A program made the position numbers and the translations under genes. DNA of 64,000 bases, taken from NCBI GenBank assembly GCA_965218095.1, contig OZ244587.1, forward strand, positions 4,288,001 to 4,352,000, read 5' to 3'. Source of the stretch: Candidatus Poribacteria bacterium (lineage in GTDB: Bacteria; Poribacteria; WGA-4E; PCPOR2b). The notes under the pieces are model-generated. The model ran no database searches, had not been told where the DNA came from, and was given only the letters and a program-made list of their open reading frames with translations. Shown here piece by piece: positions 22,601 through 30,942 of this stretch; the stretch's first letter is position 1; the number at the start of each line of letters is the position of its first letter.

Positions 22601-22961
22601 TCCGGAGGTAGTCGAATATCTGCGATTTAACCGGCGGAGTCGTGAGGATGTTATGGGCGTTCGTTTGGATTATCAGTTCACCCAAAGAGTCAATATCCTC
22701 GGTGGTTTCCAGTACCGTAAATTTACCAACCGAGATCAGAATATCAAAAGCTATCTAACCACTCCAGCGTTTGTGGATGCAGATCTTCCGATCCTGTTCC
22801 GTCCAGACATACGGACACGTATCTTTGAAGTTCAGGCAATCAACCGTGGTGAATGGCTTGGTTTCAATATTGTCATTCTCGCCGGTTTCAGAAGAACCAC
22901 AATCTTGCTTGAGCACACGACAAGTAATACGACGTTCGTTCGAGCAATGATGGGATTCTAA
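19632..22961 (+). CDS. Large putative outer-membrane beta-barrel lipoprotein with Ca-binding DxDxDG-like loops
   Basis: Lipobox LYGC; amphipathic strands; DDDDDDDWPD, DRDQNGILD and DLNNNGIVD; terminal strand ending in Phe; RBS AAGGAGG. Confidence 0.7.
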   Translation: MKIMQVSKHSPDVLFIVAGLIGCFVLYGCATTSLGPQEPLLPTVEGQAHFSARFQLEEEPQFFYDLFGKELLEGNEVYNYREQKQFDRNGELIVGWTGQLDSERFSAQLDRQILTEDNFRGRFTQFAIGDNMRIKPATLFPNRYIIHKTEFDGFRWDISFSQERHLFTLLNSRISNPVQLSDAAANLAPTLGRRNGLSDDVGLRHIENARLIGFRAQGLLGDVFRVGFTYVNLHKEHPERVENPLFGGTVANTPPERIVIVFRDDSPEDNHVDILEHDLERPEHVRFIQGGVGVAVKGLKVHLVTQPLGGFPEQGPDRPPGRERTRTIPVFLDAITAVEGSNDPRETPDGYKIVEGFDKMQYVLDFNDPDPLSTADEPIDPRTVKSIEFEMDVAGDYNIAFIGFSEANKSEDPLGAEWIKTEDGHIEMPYRDVIEAPGNYGQSDHYTDNRAALRDAPSRWKDEGKPRKIRYRYGAARAGVMYGLDLEGTLFNTFVRAHYSINGKFKQYPTIPKDQVGFSRTNPEIEGASITIDERETLDDGVTPNPTFRVALDANGIPTYSVTEGERFEAKLNGNPDSDGEMGRETAWFINLKQRFGKIFLEETVYHIDPGYTTTYHNFGANDSRDATYSLERTPESGAEILPYDQIDYQLVEDDDDDDDWPDSIDFDGVLPQADDRDQNGILDFQEDFLIFEADPPVFEDLLDLNNNGIVDSLEDDFEPQYEYGIDREGYHIAASYDLLENLTVKLGWLNESEISSRRKNNSKYIHLIYQRDIPDFGTILFQNRLLRVEDDIPEYSITLRPGELATVQQSDALDFFNARVNLTSIQFLYTAIPNLQLETKLLVDWRKQLEPDPEEAIAKDFPQDDITLEKDDRVDFMVPDEQVRADGEKRASPFYPDHGLNPLDPEDTGLIYNPDNWIPRRYTEKTVRNQVTIIKARYEIPLGDLPGVDKIGEDLTLTPMVKYIWTRAFDRAAEKIGEVLNPTLFVPDSPEVVEYLRFNRRSREDVMGVRLDYQFTQRVNILGGFQYRKFTNRDQNIKSYLTTPAFVDADLPILFRPDIRTRIFEVQAINRGEWLGFNIVILAGFRRTTILLEHTTSNTTFVRAMMGF

Positions 22962-22962
22962 C

Positions 22963-23004
22963 AAAAAAAAGAGCACCGAGCATTTTTATGCTTGGTGCTC
23001 TTTT
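22963..23004 (+). terminator. Intrinsic terminator
   Basis: AAAAGAGCACCGAGCA-tttta-TGCTTGGTGCTCTTTT. Confidence 0.85.
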
Positions 23005-23310
23005 AGATTTTACCGAAACTTTCAAAAAACGAAGGTGTTTATAAAGCTAGGATTTCGCATTGTATTCATATACGACAGCGGGCTTTGGTCGCAGTTCTGA
23101 ACGAAAGTTCAGGCTCAAAGTTCAAGTCCGTTGAACCGGGCTAAGGTCTCTACGTTTAGTTAGCTTGAGTAGAGATGTAACTCTTACGTCTCTACGTCTC
23201 GAATTGAAAGTTGAAGTGAAGTTTCGTTGTAGCACTAAGGAGATGTCTGATTCAGACACGCTCTTCAGAATTTTTAACCTGAGATGTCAGAACTCCAATA
23301 GGAGGAAAAT

Positions 23311-24297
23311 ATGAAACGCGTGAGTTTAACCTTAATCTTATCTAGCCTATTGATTGTTTACGGCGCGGTTGCATTTGCCCAGGATACAATCGGTACGGTG
23401 CGTGGCAACGTCGTAGATACCACAACGGCACAAACCCCAATTGCTGATGTCCGAGTCGTTATTGTTGGCACTGATGGCTCAGAGAAGGAAGGTATGACAG
23501 ATGACGCTGGTGAATATGAAATATCCGGTGTGTCCCCGGGTCGTTATCTGCTTAGTATTTACAAAAACGCCTACAAGGAACGAATGGGTAAACCTGTCAC
23601 CGTTGTCGCTGGAGGCGATCACTACGTGCCGATGAAAATGACCAAAAAGGACACTATCGTCAGTTTCTTCCAAAAGTTTGGGCTTGTTTTCTGGCCGCTT
23701 CTCCTCTGTTCTGTGGCTGCGTTGACCTTCATTATTGAACGTCTCTTTACTTTTGTAAGGAGCCGCTCCAAGCTCGGAACAGAACAGTTCATGGCAAATA
23801 TCACCGATTCTCTGCGTAATGATAACATTATGGAAGCGGTTTCAACCTGCGAAGAGGCAGGCGGTCCGCTCGCAAACGTTCTGAAAGCAGGCTTGTTGAG
23901 ATATAGCCAGGCCCAGATTGAAGAGCGGGAGATTACGAAAGAAGAGGTACAGGAAGCGATTCAAGAAGCGGGCCTCCTTGAAATTCCTGAACTTGAACGA
24001 AACACACCTGTGATTAGTACAGTCGCGGTTATCTCTCCTTTGTTTGGTCTCCTCGGTACTGTGATGGGTATGATTAGCGCATTTACCACGATTGCGTTAG
24101 AAGGCACTGGTGACCCACAGGCGCTTGCCGGTGGTATTTCTCAAGCATTGCTAACTACTGCTGGTGGCTTAACTGTTGCCATTCCTTGCATTATTTTCGC
24201 CCAGATCTTTGAGAGCTGGGTCAACCGATTTGTGCTTGAGATTGAGCAGGTTTCGACGGAAATCGTAAACCAACTGATCCTTGGTCAATCAACATAA
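23311..24297 (+). CDS. exbB: MotA/TolQ/ExbB proton channel with N-terminal carboxypeptidase-regulatory-like domain
   Basis: Signal peptide AFA; GTVRGNVVD...PGRY domain; PLFGLLGTVMGMI and ALLTTAGGL. Confidence 0.9.
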   Translation: MKRVSLTLILSSLLIVYGAVAFAQDTIGTVRGNVVDTTTAQTPIADVRVVIVGTDGSEKEGMTDDAGEYEISGVSPGRYLLSIYKNAYKERMGKPVTVVAGGDHYVPMKMTKKDTIVSFFQKFGLVFWPLLLCSVAALTFIIERLFTFVRSRSKLGTEQFMANITDSLRNDNIMEAVSTCEEAGGPLANVLKAGLLRYSQAQIEEREITKEEVQEAIQEAGLLEIPELERNTPVISTVAVISPLFGLLGTVMGMISAFTTIALEGTGDPQALAGGISQALLTTAGGLTVAIPCIIFAQIFESWVNRFVLEIEQVSTEIVNQLILGQST

Positions 24298-24368
24298 AGA
24301 CTTCACTGCTCTCCCTGCCAACTCATAAAGTGGCAGAGAGAGCTATCATGAACAGGAGGTAGTCGAAG

Positions 24369-24815
24369 ATGGCAGATCCGAGAGAACCCGGTGGCGTGAC
24401 ACGGCTTGCCGCTAGGGATAGGAGAGGGCCTAAACTCGATATGGCTCCGATGATTGACTGTGTGTTTCTGCTTCTGATTTTCTTCATGGTTTCGACCAGT
24501 TTCGCACCGATGCCTGGTATCCGTGTTCAATTACCCCCTCCGGGCAAACCGAGCCCCAATAAACCGAAGGGGCTCATTGTAAGGATTGCTAACCCTGAAG
24601 GGGCTCAGAAATTTGGCACAATGATCTTGAGTGACGAGATTGTCAACATCAACCAGATGTTTAGCGAATTTATCCATGCTCCTGAAGAGATCAAGAATAT
24701 GCTAATCATCCAGTCAGAACGGGATGTTTTGCATGAGCAGATTATTAGTGTGATGGATATTGCCAAGCAAGCAGGTATAGACAAAGTTGGCTTTGCAGTA
24801 GTGGCAAGGGAATAA
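24369..24815 (+). CDS. exbD: ExbD/TolR family protein
   Basis: APMIDCVFLLLIFFMV with conserved Asp; VMDIAKQAG. Confidence 0.9.
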   Translation: MADPREPGGVTRLAARDRRGPKLDMAPMIDCVFLLLIFFMVSTSFAPMPGIRVQLPPPGKPSPNKPKGLIVRIANPEGAQKFGTMILSDEIVNINQMFSEFIHAPEEIKNMLIIQSERDVLHEQIISVMDIAKQAGIDKVGFAVVARE

Positions 24816-24829
24816 CAAAGGAGGATACG

Positions 24830-25252
24830 ATGGCTATGCAATTTAGGCGGATAAAAGGTGGGGAGCGAGAGCAAGCCCTGATGATGGAACCAATGATTGA
24901 TTGTGTGTTTTTGCTATTGATCTTCTTTATGGTATCGGCGGTTATGCGCGTTCCTCCACCTTTTACAATTACTCTGCCAGAGTCAGCTACGAAGCACGAT
25001 TTCCCTCGAAAAAAATTCAACCTCTATATCAGCCCAGATGGAAGGGTTTCCTTTGATGATCTGGAAATGCTTACGCTAGACGACATGGAAATGTTCCTGT
25101 CAGCAAAAGAGAGTCAAATTAGTACACTCATTATCAAGGCTGATAGACGCGCCAAACACGGCGTCGTTATTGATGTCATGGAACGTGCGAAACGTCGATT
25201 TAGTAAACCAGAAGGTCAGGAGATTGCTTTAGCAGTTTCAGAGGACGAGTAA
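24830..25252 (+). CDS. exbD: ExbD/TolR family protein (second)
   Basis: PMIDCVFLLLIFFMV; IIKADRRAKHG. Confidence 0.9.
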   Translation: MAMQFRRIKGGEREQALMMEPMIDCVFLLLIFFMVSAVMRVPPPFTITLPESATKHDFPRKKFNLYISPDGRVSFDDLEMLTLDDMEMFLSAKESQISTLIIKADRRAKHGVVIDVMERAKRRFSKPEGQEIALAVSEDE

Positions 25253-25286
25253 ACGCTCAATTGATTTTTAGAGTCCCAATTTCATT

Positions 25287-25313
25287 AAAGGCAGCCAGTG
25301 TGCTGCCTTTTTT
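25287..25313 (+). terminator. Intrinsic terminator
   Basis: AAAGGCAGC-cagtgt-GCTGCCTTTTTT. Confidence 0.8.
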
Positions 25314-25404
25314 ATTTTCCTTGCAATCCTGCCTGATACAAGGAGACAGGTATGACTCATGTGAAAAATAAGTGCAGAATAACGAAGATAATAGGACATT
25401 TCAG

Positions 25405-26742
25405 ATGAATGAACGCGAAAAGATCCTCATTGTTGACGATGAACCCGATACCATCCTCATCTTACGAGATCGCCTTGAGATGGACGGTTACGAGGTTGTC
25501 ACTGCCACTGATGGACATGAAGCTCTTGTGCTGATCGATCAGGACTTACCGGATCTGGTGCTTCTGGACATTCAAATGCCACGCATGGACGGATTGGAAA
25601 CCCTTGCGCACATCCATCAAAAATACCCCGGTTTACTCGTGCTCATGTTGACGGCGCATGGAACGATCCAACGCGCTGTCGAGACAACGAAGCGCGGGAC
25701 TTACGATTTTTTGGAGAAACCCTTCCAACCAGAACATATTAAACAGAAGGTCGATCAGGCATTAGAGCATCAGCGCACAACTGAACACAGTGCCAGAGAT
25801 GAGCTCATTCACAGCTATGAAGAGATCGTGGGCGAAAGTCCGCGCATCCTTGAAGTCTTGAAGATCATCGAAAAAGTTTCGGATACTAACTCGACGGTGC
25901 TGATCCAAGGGGAAAGCGGAACGGGAAAAGAGTTGGTTGCTCGTGCACTCCATCGAAATAGTTCGCGCAGAAATAAAGAGATGGTTGTGGTGAATTGTGC
26001 CGCAATTCCAGATCACCTTTTAGAAAGCGAACTCTTTGGACACGAGCGTGGCGCTTTCACTGGAGCGACCTATCAAAAGATTGGAAAGTTTGAACGTGCA
26101 CACGGCAGTACCCTATTTCTCGACGAGGTCGGAGATATGTCAATTGAACTGCAAGCCAAGTTGTTACGTGCCTTGCAGGAAGGGGAAATCGAGCACCTTG
26201 GCGGGACAAAGATGATTCATGTTGACACCCGAATCATTGCGGCAACTAATCAGGATCTGCGCCAGTCCATTGAAACCGGAGCATTCCGTCAAGACCTCTA
26301 CTACCGTCTGAATATGATTCCGATTCACCTACCCCCACTGCGCGGACGCCGGGAGGATATCTTGATATTAGCTGAGTATTTTCTGCGAAAACATGGCCAA
26401 GCCCACAATCAACCGGTACGACTAATTAGCCAGAAGGCAAGAGACCTCCTCATGCAATACAACTGGCCTGGCAATGCGCGAGAACTGGAATATTTCATCC
26501 TACGAGCCGTCCTTTTTGCTGAGGGCGATGCGATCCTTCCAAAACACCTCCCCGAAGAAATCCAACCCGCGACGCAGGATTTCGCTTCGCACAACATGAC
26601 AATGAAGGAAATGGAGAAAGAGTTGATCCTCAAGACCCTTGAGCGGATGGCGGGCAATCGCACGCAAACGGCACAGGTTTTGGGGATTAGCTTGCGTTCC
26701 TTGCAGTATAAACTGAAGAGTTATGCAGAAGAGGCAAGGTAG
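25405..26742 (+). CDS. sigma54-dependent response regulator (NtrC/AtoC family)
   Basis: Receiver domain, GESGTGKE, intact GAFTGA, LFLDEVG and Fis-type HTH. Confidence 0.95.
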   Translation: MNEREKILIVDDEPDTILILRDRLEMDGYEVVTATDGHEALVLIDQDLPDLVLLDIQMPRMDGLETLAHIHQKYPGLLVLMLTAHGTIQRAVETTKRGTYDFLEKPFQPEHIKQKVDQALEHQRTTEHSARDELIHSYEEIVGESPRILEVLKIIEKVSDTNSTVLIQGESGTGKELVARALHRNSSRRNKEMVVVNCAAIPDHLLESELFGHERGAFTGATYQKIGKFERAHGSTLFLDEVGDMSIELQAKLLRALQEGEIEHLGGTKMIHVDTRIIAATNQDLRQSIETGAFRQDLYYRLNMIPIHLPPLRGRREDILILAEYFLRKHGQAHNQPVRLISQKARDLLMQYNWPGNARELEYFILRAVLFAEGDAILPKHLPEEIQPATQDFASHNMTMKEMEKELILKTLERMAGNRTQTAQVLGISLRSLQYKLKSYAEEAR

Positions 26743-26823
26743 GGTAAAATAGGATAACGAAACAGAAAGATCGTTGATTTTCCAGTGACTTCATCAGCTC
26801 AACGTTTGTACGACGAGGTAACC

Positions 26824-27107
26824 ATGAACGTCGATCCTGAAATTGTTGAACTCCGAAATTTAGTGAAACAAACCACTGAACTTGTCAACCAAAATGCGAA
26901 GGATCATGCGCACTTGCGTGGCACTTTCGGGCAGATAGACAACCGCATCAATGGTCTAGTTCAATCTGTTGATAACCACTTTGGACAGATAGGGGAGCGG
27001 ATATCGGGAGTTGAGAGCCAACTTAACACTCAACTGCGCTGGATTATTGGACGATGGCGCCAATGTATATGGCACTGATTGTCCTGGTTGTGAAGACATT
27101 TTTCTGA
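26824..27107 (+). pseudogene. Small coiled-coil protein with C-terminal TM (DUF1640-like), frameshifted
   Basis: RWIIG followed by MALIVLVVKTFF in a shifted frame. Confidence 0.5.
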
Positions 27108-27157
27108 TAGAAATGAGCCAACTCTGATCTTCGATTCGAGTTTCACTCACAGATGCT

Positions 27158-30100
27158 ATGAAAGCTGACCTCGCTATCGCTCAAATTTTCATTGGGTTAC
27201 TCATCGCAATCGCCGCACTTATCATCGGCATTTTTATGTGTCGGCGTGGAGTGCGGACAAGAGATCTCAAACTCCGGGTAAAAGCATACCCCATCTGGAT
27301 TGGGGGCGGTTGCCTGACTATTTTACTAGGTTCTGTTGACATTTGAGTATAAGGTTGTGGCATAATAGAAGAATGACGCCAATAACCTTACCTGATGAAC
27401 AATGGAATAAGATATACCGGTTTCTTCTAAGCTGTCTCACCATCTAGCTGCTAAGCTGCTACACGCCGCTTCGTCGAAGCCGTTCTGTGGGTGACTCGTA
27501 GCGGCGCTCAATGGAGACTTCTACCAGACACCTATGGCAAATGGAACACCCGCTACAAGCGGTTTGCTCGATGGTGCGACAAAGGTATCTTCACACAGAT
27601 GCACCACCACTTCGCCTCTGACCCCGATATCGAGTCGCTTATTGTGGACAGTACCATCTGCCGCGCTCACCCGTCTGCGGCGGGCACCTTAAAAAGCTGG
27701 TGCCTTAAAAGCATTAGGTCGGTCTCGGGGCGGTTTCAGTACAAAAATTCACATCACCGTTGACGGACTAGGCAATCCCCTAAGAATTCATCTGACACCC
27801 GGTCAGAGACATGACATAACTGAGGCAGAAGGGTTGATAATCGGATATAATAGTGAATATGTGATTGGAGACAAGGGGTACGATTCGGACGCTTTTATCG
27901 CCGTTATTGAGGCGAATGGAGCGATTGCGGTGATACCGCCCAAAAGTCATCGTGTTGACCAAAGAACGTATGACAAACACTTATACAAAGAGAGACATCG
28001 GGTTGAATGTTTCATCAACAAGATAAAATGGTATCGTCGTATCTTCTCTCGGTTTGAGAAGCTAGCTGTCCGTTATTTTGGATTTCTCAGCTTTGTCGCC
28101 ACTCTTATATGGCTCCCTTGAAATGTCAACAGAACCTAGTCTGGCCTGCCATGGCTTATCTCTATACGGAACATCTCTGGTTCGAGAGTGTTGGATATGA
28201 CAATATTTTTTGGAAGCTCCTGAAAATACGGTGGGGCAGCTTTGCCAAATTTGCCCTCATCGCAATTGGGTTTATGGGATTGAATCTCTTCATCGGCGAT
28301 CGGCTCTGTCCGGTATCAAGCGAATTTGCTCGGTGGACTCGCGAGCGCACAATACGATTCTATCAAGGGATTCTAATCTTAATCCTTCTCGCCGGGTGCT
28401 TCCTTTCGGCACCCATGATGCTCCTCTGGGACGATTTCCTCCGCTACGACAATCGCGCGTTGACCGGCGCAATAGAACCCATTTTCCAAAAGGACATCGG
28501 TTTTTACCTCTTTACATTTCCGATCTATCGTTGGGTGAGTTTGTGGCTGAAAGCTCTGCTATGGGTAAACCTGCTTGTGGTTGGGCTTCTGTACAATTTT
28601 TATCACCGTCGCGACCCGCAGACGATGGCAAAAGTTGAACACCGTTTAGTTTTCCACGCCTCTGTTCTATGGCTGATGTTACTTGGCGTCTCACTCTGGC
28701 GGAGCCAAATCAATATCTGGAATGTCTTGTACACTGTGCTCGCACGCCTTGGGGGCTGGGCCGTGTCAACGGTATGGGGTACGTCGATGACAAGCTGATT
28801 GGTGCTTATCACCTCTACATGGTGTGCCTCATTGGGGTCGGCAGCCTCATTCTTCTTAATCTCTTATGGCGGAAACGGGTAATCTGGTATTCAGTAATCG
28901 TGGCTTGGGGAGCGAGCTATCTGATTCTGATCCAAATCTATCCGCTTTTCGTCCACTGGATGTAAGTCCGTCCAAATTCACTGACGGCAGAAGTGCGATT
29001 CCTTGGTAAGCATATCGAATCAACCCGTCAAGCATTCGGATTGGATCAGATTGAGGAAAGAGATCACATCAAGGGGGCTGCCACGCGCGAAATGATTAGC
29101 CGGAATACTGAAATCAAAGAGAATATTCAGTTGTGGGATCGGCGGGTGCTTTATGAGGTGCTAATGGATCAGCAATTCATTGAGCGATACTATCGATTTC
29201 ATCCCTATACCGATGTTGATCGATATTGGGTGAACGGTCAGTATCGGCAGGTACTGACCGCCGCCAGAGAGATCGCGAAATTATCCGAAGCGCAGGACTG
29301 GGTGAATCAGAAACTCAAGTATACTCACGGATATGGCGTTTGTGTTGTCCCCGTGAATGAATTCATGGAAGAAGACGCCAATCCAAATTTCTGGGTTAAG
29401 GGTATTTACCCGATGGAAAGCACTTATCCTGAACTTGCTGTGACACACCCCCAAATCTACTACGGTGAGTTGACGAAAGACTATGTTATTGTAAACACAA
29501 AGCAGAAGGAGATAAATCCGAAAGGTGAGCAGTACCAAGGATCTGGAGGTATCAAAATTGGCAGTTGGTTCAGACGGCTCTGCTTCGGAACCCGATTTGA
29601 TTTCTGGCGCGTGCTGCTTTCCACAGATCCCACTCCAGAAAGCAAGGTGCTCTTCTGGCGAAAGATTGGGACCCGCAACCCAGGCTCCTCCAAAACAGTA
29701 GGAGATCGAATTTCACACATTGCGCCCTTTCTCAAATATGATCCCGATCCCTATATCGTGATTGGAGATGACGGGCAGCTCTGGTGGATTGTCGATACTT
29801 ATATCACGAGTCGCAGCTACCCCAATGCAAAGACCTCTGTTGATGAGACCAACCTTAAAAAAAACCCGCTTTACTCTGAACCCACTTTTGATCGCTTTAA
29901 CTATATTCGCAACCCCGCCGTCGCTATTGTCAACGCCTACAGTGGCAAAGTCAATTTTTACTTTACCAAAGCCAATGAACCGATTACGGACGCCTATCAG
30001 AAAACCTTTTCGAATCTCTTCAAGAGCAAAGATCAAATTCCAGCAGGATTGCAAAATCACCTCCGATACCCCGATTATCTGACACGCATCCAGGCAGAGA

Positions 30101-30891
30101 TGTATGCGGATTATCATGTACAGGAGGCGGAGATTTTTTACCCCGGATCCGACAGATGGAATATTCCCCAGGAAAAATACTATTCATCGTATCAAACGAT
30201 AGTGCCCTACTATGCCATGCTCAAGTTACCGGGAGAGAACACACCAGAGTTTGTGAATATGGTTCCTTTTTCACCACTGCCACCACAACAAGAGGGCAAC
30301 CTACAACAGGAGGGCCGGCTCATGAATGCCTAGCTTGTCGCCCGCAGTGACGCAGAGTATTACGGAAAATTGGTTGTCTATACGCTGCCCAAGAAGGAGA
30401 CGGTTATCGGCCCGACCCGGGTCGAAGGCAGGATAGAAACAGAATTATCGGAAAAACTGACGCTCTGGAACCAACAAGGGACGACGGTGATTCGGGGCAA
30501 TTTGCTGGTGATTCCTCTCGCCAATACCCTGTTTTATGTGGAACCGATCTATCTCAAGCCAGAAAATATTGATCGTCCCAGTCTAACGGTTGTAGCAGTT
30601 CAAGCAGGAGCGGAGTTTGCCTACGCAGACACCTTTGATGAAGCCCTGCAAAAGATCTTCGGTATTGGGATTAGGGTTGAATCGGAGGCGGGAACAACGG
30701 ACGAAGCCACAGCAGAGCTACTGCTAACCCTGGATCAATTAATCGAACAGGCGAATCAAAACCTTGAATTGTATTTGGGGCTAACCGGGAGGGGCGAATT
30801 CGAGAAAGCGGCTCAGGCGTTAATGGATCTGAAGCACAACTTAAAGGCGCTGGAGTCGGGGCAATACCGGAAGAAAGCAGAAAAAACGTAA
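27158..30891 (+). pseudogene. UPF0182 family membrane protein, IS-interrupted and decayed
   Basis: LWFESVGY, DIGFYLF, DVDRY, YTHGYG, IRGNLLVIP and YVEPIY; IS at 27329; frameshift near 28740; stops at 28963 and 30331. Confidence 0.9.
27329..28136 (+). mobile_element. IS5-family copy 4, degenerate
   Basis: Both TIRs; inserted in CTAG; small deletions near 27447 and 27700. Confidence 0.92.
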
Positions 30892-30942
30892 GTTGGGTCG
30901 AGCAAGCAGCGAATTTATCCCTTCAGTCAGTGGAATTTATAT

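Noticed and set aside
18205-28136. Composite transposon carrying the barrel and exbBDD genes
   Set aside because: Copy 4 cleanly splits the UPF0182 gene with both halves in place, so it is an independent insertion
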